From: Octopus sinensis
Lineage: Eukaryota
Assembly: GCF_006345805.1 (NCBI RefSeq)
Contig: NC_043008.1
Span: forward strand, 33,480,001 to 33,544,000
DNA length: 64,000 bases
Direction: 5' to 3'
Position 1 is the stretch's first letter, and each line of letters begins with the position of its first letter. The translations under genes were made by a program, and so were the position numbers. The notes beneath the pieces were generated by a model. The model did no database searches. It saw only the letters and a program-made list of their open reading frames with translations, and was not told the DNA's origin. Of the stretch, positions 13,869 through 25,668 are shown in pieces.

Positions 13869-14350
13869 TATATTAAAAATTATTGGAGAATTAAGAAATG
13901 GAGCTGAAGCAGATTGAACAGAAATCGTTTTATCATTCTACACGTGTTTCAGGCACAAATACCAAAATCGATTGAATAATGGGACCATATTGTGTCTTTC
14001 TCTTCAGGAAGAAAAAAAAGGAATCCGTTGGAAGAACAAAAACAGCAAACAGAGGCGGAGCAAAAAAACAAATCGAACTGAGCTCCTATAGCCCATGGCG
14101 AAACTCATGAGTTTCGCCATGGGGCTCTTAGGAGCTCAGTTCGATTTGTTTTTTGCTCCGCCTCTGTTCTGTTTTGTTCTTCAACGGATTTCCTTTTTTC
14201 TTCCTGAAGAGAAAGACACAATATGGTCCCATTATTCAATCGGATTTTGGTAATTTGTGCCTTCGAAACACGTGTAGAATGAAAAAAAAAACGATTTCTG
14301 TTCAATCTGCGTTCAGCTCCATTTCTCAATTCTCCAATAATGTTTTTAAT
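13869..14350. repeat. Loopless palindrome with arms of about 240 bp centred on TCATGA (14105-14110)
   Basis: GGCGAAACTCATGAGTTTCGCC at the centre. The arms are reverse complements that differ mostly by small indels. Confidence 0.9.
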
Positions 14351-14762
14351 TTCAATATCGCACCAACGCACGGTTGCAAACGCCAGATGGTTGTACTCAA
14401 CCGTGCTGTTACCTGTGATTTTTGCTACTAAGGTATCGGTTAAACTTTTGACCATCTACTACAAGATTATTCATCTTTCTATTTCACAATTATATATATA
14501 TATTATATATATTATGTATGTATGTATGTATGTATGTATGTATGTATGTATGTATGTATGTTTGTATGTATGTATGTATGTGCGTGCACACAGAAAGTTC
14601 TGCTCATTGTAAAGCTAAATCTTTTAACGCTTCATTGAGCACATCTGAAACGTAACACAGTTAAAACTTGAACGTTGCTTGAAGTGGTAGTGCATCTCTT
14701 CTTTGTTCCTGACTAAAAATAGATTTATCTTTCATTCTGGTTACCCTTCATTGACATTTGAA

Positions 14763-15030
14763 ATGGCTATAACCAAAAGTTTCAAATTCGCGTTGTAATG
14801 CTTTTCTTTTTTATAGAAAGGAGAAAATGCTGTAAAGACTTGCAAAAATATTTGAGAAGGTTATGGTGATGATGCTGCAGGTGAAACAACTGTTCGAAGT
14901 TGGTTTGCAAAATTTAAAGCTGGTGAGTTTAGCTTGGAAGATGACAGTTGCAGTGGAAGACCTTCAAAATTGGATGAAGATGTTTTGAAGGCAAAAATCG
15001 AAGAAAATTCATATTATCACTTGAACAAAA
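14763..15030 (+). mobile_element. Mariner transposase N-terminal fragment (frameshifted)
   Basis: FQIRVVML..; YGDDAAGETTVRSWFAKFKAGEFSLEDDSCSGRPSKLDEDVLKAKIEEN, the mariner HTH plus GRP linker. Confidence 0.85.
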
Positions 15031-15349
15031 AAAAATGTGAGACCTATCACAAAAATGGTTGGTCCTAGCCTTCGCGTGTGTGGAACTTTCGATCAGGCGA
15101 TGGCATTACTCAAACACGAGTTTGCAACCATCATATGTGTGTGTGTATGTGTGTATTTTCAAATATGAATCAGTAGCAGCTCGAGATATATAAACAAAAT
15201 CGAACACATATACACAAAATGTATGTGTTGTTAATTCGTAGACCAGCTGCGTTTTTAGGCGTAAGAGAAAATATTCTCAATGCTCTTGGTGTTAAAAGAC
15301 CTGAACGTAAGTCATAGGCAAGCGAGATAACTCACATCAGGTCCCTTCA

Positions 15350-15700
15350 CGGTGTGACAGACGTCGATGTTTCGCCATTGTTGTGACTTTTCAATGCCGA
15401 GTACCGAACAGAACCTATTGCAACCAGTATCACCGAATGTTCAAAGAGCTTCTATTTAATTATGTATGGGGTTTCTTCCTCTTTTAAGCGCCATAGGTGG
15501 CTGCCTAGAGACGTGATGTTGCGCCTTTCCGGTATCCTAAAAGAGGACCTGTGGTTGTTCAGACGTTGCTTAAATGAGGAGCTGGTTGAACCGACATATT
15601 TACGTGTCTGTTTATTAGATTTTCTACTATCGCTATTGTTTCTTTCTTTAACACTAGGCCTGATGTCGTTGTTGTTCTGGAGTTACCGCCAGCGCTGATA
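15350..15700 (-). mobile_element. Penelope-like element 3' fragment: GIY-YIG endonuclease remnant plus a degenerate hammerhead-like motif
   Basis: The minus strand at about 15603-15450 reads KYVGSTSSSFKQRLNNHRSSFRIPERRNITSLGSHLWRLKEEETPYIIK*, matching the PLE YIG.T...FK.R..NH..SF....T.L...IW.LK pattern. Confidence 0.8.
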
Positions 15701-15945
15701 TTCCAAGACTTGATCCTGGTGGTTCCCTTGTTGCTAGCTTATCAGCCATTTCCGGCCACAATGGTCTATACACTTCTCATAAAATCCTTTCTTAGATTGG
15801 TTCCCCTGGATTTCAGTTACATACAACTCTACAATATACCCCTCCATATTGGATTACTGTGTGGTAAGGTAGCCAGGTTCACTAGAAGAGCTTTCTGTGA
15901 CTACCCCAGAATTTCATCAATCCATATATTGCACTACAAATTATA

Positions 15946-17379
15946 TTGGGTTATCCCATAAATAATGCGGTCTTTTCAATTGCATGAACTAAAAGTCGGA
16001 AAGGGGCGGGATAAACTACCTGCATTAACTTGCAATAAAAATAGGTAGTAATTTTACTTTGTGCTTATTCTTAGTGCAAGTTTTGAAGAGTGCAGTTCGA
16101 TTTTAACAGTTGTTTTTTTTTCAAAGCTATAATGGATGTGGCAAAGGAGCATATTCGACATATTTTGCTTTATGAGTTCAATAAAGGCAACAACGCAACG
16201 GCAAGTTCGAGGAATATTAATGCAGTATATGGGGATCGGACAATAAGCGTAAGCCAGTGTCAACGGTGGTTTCAGAAATTTCCAGCCAGAAATTACAGCC
16301 TAGAAATGAGCCTCGTCCTGGAAAATCAGTATAGCTTGATGAGGACGTCCTGTAAACCATGGTAGAAGAAAATCCCATCGTAACTGTTGAGGAACTAGCA
16401 AAGAAGCTTGGATTTGTACATTCAACCATTCATCGACACATGCGTGCCATCGGAAAAGTCAGCAAGTTGGGTCAATGTTTGCTTTTCTTTACTGTCACGT
16501 CTCACGAATTAACGTTTTTTTTTTTCAACCGAATAGTGACTGGTGACTATAAAAATGTCAAGCGCCGAAGAAAGTGGGTAGTGAAATGAGAAACACCGGC
16601 ACCCCACTCTAAAGAAGGTTTTCACCCACGTAAGGTGTTGTTATTTGTTTGGTGGGATATGAAAGGTTTAGTCCATTTTGAACATTTAAACCCAAACCAA
16701 ACAATAACAAAGGAAATCTGCTGCGAGCAGCCTGAGCGACTTCAGCGCTAGAAGAAAAACGACCATCAAGACAAAAGGTGTTCTTTCATGAGGATAATGC
16801 TCGGCCATATACAGCGAGGATGACATTTCAAAGGCTGGAGCAGTTTGAATGGGAAACGATGCCCTCCCCCCGCCCCATCATATTCACCGGATATCGCCTC
16901 ATCTGATTATCATATATCCCGCAGTCTTTGAAATCATTTGGACGGGAAAAATATGAATCCTGTAGTCGAAGTCGGAACTGGAAGAGTATTTTTCATCACA
17001 GACAAGTGAATTTTGAAAGAAGGGCTTTGCATTTCTACCATATAGATGGAAGAGCAATATTTTAGATTCTTTTCTACTCTAGGCACAAGGCCCGAAATTT
17101 TGCGGGGAGGGGGCCAGTCGATTAGATCGACCCAGTACGCAACTGGTACTTAATTCATCGACCCCGAAAGGATGAAAGGCAAAGTCGACCTCGGCGGAAT
17201 TTGAACTCAGAACGTAAAGACAGACGAAATGCCGCTAAGCATTTCGCCCGGCGTGCTAATGTTCCTGCCAGCTCGCTGCCTTAGCAATATTTTAGATTAA
17301 TGAAGAACTTTGTTTATCTTAATTTTCAAAGATAAAAGAAGTATAACAAAAATACCGCATTATTTATGGGATGACCCAA
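15946..17379 (+). mobile_element. Full-length decayed mariner (DD34D)
   Basis: TA-flanked TIRs TTGGGTTATCCCATAAATAATGCGGT / ACCGCATTATTTATGGGATGACCCAA. Motifs HIRHILLYEFNKG, RIVTGD, FHEDNARP and YSPDIASSDY. Many frameshifts. Confidence 0.92.
17069..17282 (-). mobile_element. SINE family A nested in the mariner
   Basis: 16-bp TSD AGCAATATTTTAGATT at 17053-17068 and 17283-17298. Confidence 0.92.
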
Positions 17380-17724
17380 TATATAACTTTACGTATTACG
17401 ATTTTGCCTCGTTTTAGCGATACTAATATCCTTAACGATAGTGATCTTTTCCATGTGTATAAACATTTTCCCAAATATACACGCTCTAAATTTTAAAGTC
17501 TTCGAGAAAACTATAAGGTGATAATCAAGCTCTTAGCTTTGAATGCATTACATCTTATAGCAGAAATAGCTGTAAGCCAATGAAGTTGATTGCGTAATTC
17601 TTGAGTGTTCGAGCTAAATTCGACAGTTTGTGTAAAAGGGAAAGAAAACAATATCCCATCCAAAAATAAAGGTATTTTTAAAAAGGCAAAAAACATCAAT
17701 TAGATTATGGCTGGGAAATAACAG

Positions 17725-18290
17725 TTTACTCAAAGTGGCCGCCCTCCTCCTCAGCCTGACGCATGCATTCCTCACTGTGTCCCTAGGAAGATCTTCGAAC
17801 ATCTTTTGATCTTAGCCACCAGCTCGGCCTTGGTGTTGCAAGCAGAGAGGTTGGTGTCTTTCTCAACTGCGCCCCACACTTAGTAACCCATGGGATTATA
17901 ATCAAGGGAATTGGGATGCCAGAAATTGGGGTTATAGAACTTTTCGGACAACCACTTTTGACCCTTTCCAGAAGTATGGTAAGGGACCGACTGGGATTGA
18001 CCAGTCTCCTGCAGCTTCTCATAGCTTTCTGAATTGAGTCTAAGGCCCAACATGACGTGACCCTCGCCGGAGACACACCCAAAGATTTTCACTGTTTGGA
18101 GGAACTTGGTTTTCATAATGCGTGAGATATCACATGGATTCTCGACAAGTTACCTGTTGTTTTGAGTGTTGTGCAACTGGTCCTAACAAAAGTTCTTTTC
18201 ATTCGAGAAGAGCCAGATCATCTCCGGGTCAACAGGCGATGTTTGTTCAGGAGCTTGTTTGACTTTGGGACAAATACTGAGACCAAATGA
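17725..18290 (-). mobile_element. Tc1/mariner-superfamily transposase remnant, DD37D (maT)/DD41D-like catalytic region
   Basis: WLFSNEKNF..QNNR; MKTKFLQTVKIFGCVSGEGHVM; FWHPNSLDYNPMGY (about WPPNSPD.NP.DY); WGAVEKDTN; FEDLPRDTVRNAC. Confidence 0.8.
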
Positions 18291-18334
18291 CAAAGAGAAA
18301 CGCTTTGCCACATATATATATGTGTGTGTGTGTG

Positions 18335-18500
18335 TATTCTTTTACTCTTTTCATTTGACTGCGACCATGCTGGAGCACCGCCTTTATAATCGATCAAATC
18401 GACCCCAGAGCTTATTCTTTGTAAGCCTAGTACTTATTCTATCGGTCTCTTTTGCCGAACCAGCATCGGTTGTCAAGCGATGTTGGGGGGACAAACACAA

Positions 18501-18532
<32 letters not shown>

Positions 18533-18700
18533 GTATACATATATACTACGGGCTTCTTCCAGTTTCCATCCACCAAATCCACTCACAAGGCTTTGGTTGG
18601 CCCGAGGCTACAGTAGAAGACACTTGTCCAAGGTGCCACGCAGCGGGGCTGAACCCGGGACCATGTGGTTGATAAGCAAGCTAGCAAGCTACTTAGCACA
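18335..18700 (-). mobile_element. SINE family B
   Basis: Family B blocks in reverse orientation with an internal (CA)n(TA)n tract. Confidence 0.85.
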
Positions 18701-19149
18701 CGGACTGACTTGTGTTGCAAAAGTTAGAACATGCAATTTAAACAATCGAAACCATTATAATTGAAGCTGGGTGTATATAGAATGCATTCTACTGATTCCA
18801 ATCAGTCTTTTACCATAATGAGCTATTTATATTAAAACAGGATGTTCTTTTTGTTTTTTTTTATAAGCATTCTTTTTTATATTATCCTAGAAATGCCTCG
18901 TATGCAGTGCATTCGTGCAGGAAGGGCTTTTGATATGCATATACGTACCCAGCCATCCACTCACTTTCAATAAGCCACCACCGGTGAAACTTCGAATTCC
19001 CTAACAATAGTATTGTAATGAATATTAGATTCTGCAGAAGAATTGACTCTTTCATCCAGCAGTGTTCGGTTGGGTTATTTTTATGAATTTAGAAAAAAAA
19101 AAGAAAAAAAATTATCTTTGACTGCATGTGCGTCTACTAATACATACAT

Positions 19150-19238
<89 letters not shown>

Positions 19239-19322
19239 CACACATACGCATGCACACATATACATGCATATACATACATATATGCATACACACATATATG
19301 CGTATACATATACAAACATACG

Positions 19323-19373
<51 letters not shown>

Positions 19374-19879
19374 CCTATGTATATACATACATACTAATTT
19401 GCGATAATCCCCTCTCCCTCCCCCTTCTCTCTCGCTCTCTCCCTCCCCCTCTCTCTCTCTCTTTCTAAAGCATGTTTATGTGTGTAATCAACAGTAAACT
19501 GGATTTCATGGTGTTCCTTTTTCATTGTTATTATATTTGTTATTGTCGGTTCCAACGTCATAATGAGTGAATGCCTGTTCTTTCATTGACTTGGCTATAA
19601 GCTGTAGCGCAAGTATTAGTAGTCATTCACGGAAAGAGGGGGCGAAAATACTAAACATATACAAAAATTGGGATATCCTAAGAGAGCGACTACTGTCTTC
19701 TATATTTAGATCAGATGAGGTTTTCCCCACTGTAACTTGTTCTGGTGATTCACTTACTTTGATAAACTGTATAAAAATAACAAGATATTTTAACGAATTT
19801 GAAATCTAAACCATTTGACAATGAGAATTTAAAGCACAATTGCATTCCAGCTGTGCAGGTGAACGCTTATATACAAACA

Positions 19880-20298
19880 AACATACACGTGTTCTCACAT
19901 ACGCATGCATACATAAATACGTGCTTACAAACATACATGCATACAGACGTAGGAATATAATACTTGCGTACATAAATACATGCATACATACATGCATACA
20001 TACATACATACATACATACATACATACATACATACATACATCATACATACATACATACATACATACATACACACACACACATACATACACACGCACAAAT
20101 ATACATACATACACATACATACATACATACATACATACATGTACACATGCATACATAAATACATACTTGTAAACATACATGCATGCATACGCACAAATAT
20201 AACACTTGCGTACATAAATACAAGCATGCATACATGCATACATACATACATACATACATACATACATACATACATACATACATACATACATACAACAT

Positions 20299-20329
<31 letters not shown>

Positions 20330-20720
20330 TACATACATACATACATACATACACACATACATACACACGCACAAACATACATACATACATACATATATAC
20401 ATACATGCACACATACATGTACACATGCATACATAAATACATACTTGTAAACATACATACATACATACACGTATGCAAACATACATACATTTATACATGC
20501 ATGCATACATAAATATGTACTTACTAACATGCATGCATACATACGTACATATATAATACTTGCGTACATAAATACATGCATATATACATGCATACATATA
20601 TATATATATATATGCATACATGCATGCATATATGCACTCATGCATACATACATGCATACACATGGGCGCACACACACACACACACACACACAACACACAC
20701 ACACATCATACATCATACAT
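19880..20720. repeat. Long degenerate (CATA)n array with higher-order duplicated blocks
   Basis: The block ..AATATAATACTTGCGTACATAAATACATGCAT.. recurs near 19955, 20197 and 20553. Confidence 0.85.
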
Positions 20721-21614
20721 TATACATTCAGGCATACATATCAAGAGCTAGTAGTCGTTTCCTCGATGGTGACTCACTCGATTTCAAAGAAATAGCAGCA
20801 AAATTTCCCTGATGCTTCCTCATTCTACCAAAAAAGAAAAAAAGAAAAGAAGAAAGGCTGGTTCCGGTTGGTATACATTTGATCGTTGGTCTACCCTATT
20901 AAACACAACCCAGGGTTAAACAACAACAACAGCAGTAGCAGCAGCAATGTGCACACACACACACATAAATATAATGCACATACCACAAAACAAGGATTAT
21001 CGTTCATTTGAAAAGCTGTAAAGTCAATTAAAGAAATTGAAAGAACAACGTTAACGCAAAAGTCTTAGTCTTTTATTATAATTCCGTTCACGTCATGTTT
21101 CAATTTCAAAAATTCTTTAGACCCCTCACCCACTCATTACCTCTACCGCCACCATCGATGACACCAGGAACATTTCACGATGAAAAAGAGAAAAGAAACT
21201 TAAAAACAAAATAACTTTTAAAAAATATTACATTAAATAAATAAATAAATAAATGAAATACCAGTTAGTCATTCTTCTATTATAATTCCATTCACATCTA
21301 GAATGCTTTATAGGAATATTAAATCAAATTCGGTACTTCACTGGTACTTTATTTTATCGATCCTTGAAGAATGAAAGGCAAATTTGATTTCGTCTGTTAT
21401 TTAATTTCGACATCTCTAACGCTCATAGGAATACTAAATCGGTCGAAGTCTTTGACTGGTACTTTATTTTATCAACTCTGGAGGATAAAAGGCAAAGCTG
21501 ACATCAACGGGATTTGAACTCGTGGGTTCGTCTTTCAAAGCGTTCAAACATGACTATTTCACCCTATGTTTTCTTTTCTTTTTTTTTTTTATTTTAACAA
21601 AAAATGATATAGGC

Positions 21615-21780
21615 ACATGTGTGGCTGTGTGGTTAGAAGTTTGCTTCACAACCACATGGCTCCGGGTTCAGTTCCACTGAGTGCCACCTTACGCGAGTGT
21701 TTCTGCTGTAACCTAGGACCGACTAAAGCCTTGAGAGTGGATTTGGTATACGGAAACTGAAAGAAGCCCGTCCTACATAT
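21615..21780 (+). mobile_element. SINE family B, 5' half
   Basis: GTGGCTGTGTGGTTAGAAG..AACCACATGG..GGTTCAGTTCC..GGAAACTGAAAGAAGCCCGTC. Confidence 0.85.
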
Positions 21781-21789
21781 ATATATATT

Positions 21790-22040
21790 TCGTTTTTGCA
21801 TTTGGTTTGCAAGATTCTTTATGTGAATTCGTGTGTTGAAGCATATTTTATTGTGTCTGAGGAGAGTCATTCTCTTTTAGTGCCCTATTAATTAACACAC
21901 TCATCGGTTTGATTTCCACTCATTTACTTACTTATTTTTTTCTAAAATTTTCGTAACGTCTTGCAAGTAAATGAGTGGAAGTCGAACCGGTGAATGTGTT
22001 AAGTAATAAAGCACTAAAAGAGAATGACTCTCTCAGACAC
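21790..22040. mobile_element. Small fold-back repeat (arms about 21857-21930 and 21967-22037), possibly PLE-derived
   Basis: CTGAGGAGAGTCATTCTCTTTTAGTGC..CCACTCATTTACT vs AGTAAATGAGTGG..GCACTAAAAGAGAATGACTCTCTCAG. Confidence 0.7.
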
Positions 22041-22263
22041 AGATATATATATATATATATAGGAGAGGTATTGGCATCCAGAAGACCCAAGATGACAGGT
22101 AAGGCTAAGTGCTACAGGAGGACCGTAGTTAGACTCTCGGTTCGATAATAATACAAGTGAGGAGTCTAATGCGGGTCTTGTGTGAGCATGTATATGTTAA
22201 ATAAAATGAGACAACAAAACTAAGGCTGTGTGAAATTTATAGGATATTTATAAGGAGAAAGGT

Positions 22264-22312
22264 AGTCTTACAGCTGTTTCTGGGATATTAAGCGTATCCC
22301 TTCGTCAAAGAC
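22264..22312 (-). ncRNA. Hammerhead motif, degenerate (core reads TTGACGA)
   Basis: Minus strand: GTCT-TTGACGA-AGGGATAC(GCTTA)ATATCCCA-GAAA-CAGCTG-TA^AGAC. C3 is mutated to U. Confidence 0.6.
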
Positions 22313-22768
22313 AATATGAGAAAGTTAACTAAAGGGAAATAGTAGAGTTCTAAATAAGTAGTGATTTTGAAAAAGGATGGATATAGGAAATGTAAAGGGA
22401 AATAAAAGAATAAAAATACGAATAAAAATAAAAGTAAAAATACATGCAGGATGTTACAATTGCAGTTCCATTATCCAAGGGAAGTGCTGTGCAGAATGGA
22501 ATTTATGGAATTTATCTCCATACTAATCACTCGTAGTAACAAAATACGAATTCCTATAGGAATCTACATACCATGGACAAGAAGCAATTCTACCCATTCT
22601 ACACAGCACTTTCCTTGGATAATGGAATTGCATCTGTAACATCCCACATATATTTTAATATTAATTTTTATTCCCTTATTTTCGTTTATACTTCCTATAT
22701 CCATTCTTTTCTAAAATAATTCCTTATATTGAACTATACTGTTTCCCTCTATTTAACGCTCTAATATC

Positions 22769-22816
22769 GTCTCTGATGAAGGGATATGCCTAATATCCCA
22801 GAAACAGCTGTAAGAC
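22769..22816 (+). ncRNA. Minimal type I hammerhead ribozyme motif, core intact
   Basis: GTCT-CTGATGA-A-GGGATAT(GCCTA)ATATCCC-A-GAAA-CAGCTG-TA^AGAC. Stem I is GTCT/AGAC, stem II is 7 bp, and helix III is the palindromic ACAGCTGT. Predicted cleavage after GUA at 22812. Confidence 0.75.
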
Positions 22817-22896
22817 TATCTTTCTCTTTATAAATATCCTATAAATTCCACACAGCCTTGGTTTTATTGTCTCATTTTAAGATATATATATATATA

Positions 22897-22934
<38 letters not shown>

Positions 22935-23170
22935 CTACGTATGTCTGTCTTTGTGTCTGTGTTTTACCCCCCCCCCCCATCACCGCTTGACAACCGGTGT
23001 TGGTGTGTTTACGTCCTTGTAACCTAACGGTTCGGCAAAAGGGTTCGATAGAATAAGTACCAGGCTTAACAAAATCAAGTACTGGGGTTGATTCATTCGA
23101 TTAAAACCCTTCAAAGCAGTGCTCCAGCATGGCCGCAGTCAGATGACTGAAACAAGTAAAAGGTAAAAGA
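22935..23170 (+). mobile_element. SINE family B, 3' half
   Basis: CACCGCTTGACAACCGGTGTTGG..CCAGCATGGCCGCAGTC..GAAACAAGTAAAAG. Confidence 0.85.
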
Positions 23171-23867
23171 CATAGTGTATTAGGACTATATTATCCAAAT
23201 GTGTCCTTCCAGTTTGAAGACCATAGGGTGTGGTTTAAGGGAAATTGACTGCTATTCCGAACAAATCGAATCACCGCGAAGAGGCTCATTCTAGCGAATA
23301 CCCTATAGTGGGGCTTGCACAGTGTTGGTAGTTCTGCCTCATTTTTGCCATATATCATGAGTTCCTATTTATATCCAACCAAAACTGACTTTGCCATTCG
23401 TTCATCGATGGTGAAAGGGAAGCATATAAAATAAGGAACAGTTAATTAAATGTGGATTGATTTATCAGTGAAGTGTGCGCCCTTCCCTTATCATCTGTGG
23501 CCTTGTGCCAATGTAGTAAATCGATATTAGAAGCTGATGACTAAGCGAAATTGGGAAAGTTGTTCTGTTCTGTCTATGGTTATTCTTGTGTGGTTAATAC
23601 GAAGCACTTGAAACTAATACGTCGAGATATTATAATGATTCTATCATGGGGTAACCTATACTTTTTCGTACAAAACCTTAAAGGATTGATTACTTAGTGA
23701 ATTGTTGCCTATTAGAAGTATTGTCACTCCATCCTGCTTCTCCTGAAGAATCACCCCCCACCCCGACCAACAATGAAAATAGTGTTTAATTTAGATGGCA
23801 TTAATCAATTCTTTTATCTTGCGCATCTTTACTTTGAAAGTTTAAAAAAACTAATACATAACCAATA

Positions 23868-23929
<62 letters not shown>

Positions 23930-23931
<2 letters not shown>

Positions 23932-24373
23932 GCCCTGATGCAGTACCAGGCAGTGGCTCTCATGGCTTCTGATCTTACTGATTGGAAGTGTTATCATGTA
24001 CATTGTTTTGTCTTGGTATAAAAGATGGGCTACAGCAAATATTCTGCTCAATACCACAGATTTGCTTGTCAGTTGTTCGACCTTAACCGGTTGATCATGT
24101 CCCTTAGTGGCTGACGATATATGCATCTCTGATCACGAGCAGAAGTAGTGGGGGAGCATCATAGCCATGTGTGATCTGAAGAAAATTCTAACTGGGCTCC
24201 ACCTGCAAGGTCATGTGCTGTTTATCTTGATATGAGATCACCATGTCGTGCACATATGGTTGTGATGCATGTGCCTGGTGTACCCTTATCAGACGGGTAG
24301 TCATGATGGGTATACTGGGCTTCGTATATTTTACCCCAGTGTCACTTTGATGGCATGCTCTGCTCACTGACTC

Positions 24374-24375
<2 letters not shown>
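23930..24375 (+). mobile_element. Family D retroposon embedded in (AAT)n, possibly Dong/R4-related
   Basis: Near-identical to 28989-29545 but lacks about 140 bp internally. (AAT)n on both sides. The Dong/R4 assignment is inferred from the TAA-repeat target. Confidence 0.7.
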
Positions 24376-24440
<65 letters not shown>

Positions 24441-24980
24441 GTTTCAAATTTTGGCACAAGGCTGGCAGCTTTTGAGGGTGGGAGGAATCGATCACATCGA
24501 TCCCAGTACTTGACTGGTACTTATTTTATAGATCCCGAAAGGATGAATGGCAAAGTTCGCCTCGGCGGAATTTGAACTCAGAAGACGGACGGATGAAAAG
24601 CCTAACTGTTATGTCAGCTTGCCGCCTAACAATAATAATAACAATCCTTTCTACTACAGACACAAGGCCTGAAATTTGTTGGGAGAGGACTACTCAACTC
24701 GTACTCATTTTATCGACCCCGAAAGGATGAAAGGCAAAGTCGACTTTGCTGGAATTTGAACTCAACGGGCGAAATACTGCTACTCATTTCGTCCAGCGTA
24801 CCGACGATTCTGCCAGTTCACAGTCTTAACAATGACAATAATGACGAACCATCTTCCAAAATTTATTGAAGCGACAACAATTACATGGAGACTATGAGAA
24901 TATTGCAAAATATCATCTATATGCCATATAATATTATATGTGTGTGTGTGTGTGTGTGTGTGTATCTATATCTATCTCTC

Positions 24981-25352
24981 TCTATATAAACGGCAGTTTG
25001 TCTGTGCGTGTTTCTGTGTGTCTGTTTGCTTGTACCCTCACCCTGACCACGGCTTCCAACCGATTCTGATGAAACTTGACACACACATAGCCCAATGTCA
25101 TAATTCAAAACTAACGCAGCGAAAATTTTGAAAAGTTCCCCCAGTTCTGAAAAAAATCGATAAATTCGACATGGGGGTCAAGAATCAGAAACACAAACTG
25201 TATAGGGGACGCAACTCCACCTTTTTTTACTCTCAAAAAAAATTTACCATCATTTTTTTCCATTTTTTTGCTATTTTTTGGCTATAACTCTCTAAAAATG
25301 CTTTATAGTTATTTCCCTTACAAACCTGAGCAACGCCGGGCGATACTGCTAG
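24981..25352 (+). mobile_element. Non-autonomous Helitron
   Basis: 5' TCTATATAAA start. 3' subterminal CCTGAGCAACGCCGGG hairpin-like motif followed by CTAG and then T. No TIR or TSD. Confidence 0.7.
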
Positions 25353-25576
25353 TCTATCTATATATATATATACATATACACACACACACATATATACACA
25401 CAAAAACTAGACTAGTGGGGAGAAATATGTAGTGATGGGTATGTAATCGTGAATTAAAGTATGTAAAGAGATCAAAGTTGGTTATGCGTGCATATTTAGA
25501 CGTGTTCTGTATTTTTCGAGGAAAAAATTTTCTTTGTTTAAGCGTTCTTGTAAAGAAATTGCATCTTTGCACTGGT

Positions 25577-25616
<40 letters not shown>

Positions 25617-25625
25617 TATATATAT

Positions 25626-25664
<39 letters not shown>

Positions 25665-25668
<4 letters not shown>

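Larger units (their letters stand above)
22062..22885. mobile_element. Penelope-like pseudo-LTR fold-back element (arms about 22192-22500 and 22590-22885) in a (TA)n site
   Basis: The arms are reverse complements and each carries a hammerhead motif. A second copy with the same architecture lies at 50770-51528. Confidence 0.75.

Noticed and set aside
19806-20702. 298-aa ORF and the many other [12 protein letters not shown]-rich ORFs in the track
   Set aside because: They are translations of (TATG)n, (TA)n and (CA)n microsatellites, which lack stops in some frames; they are not genes.
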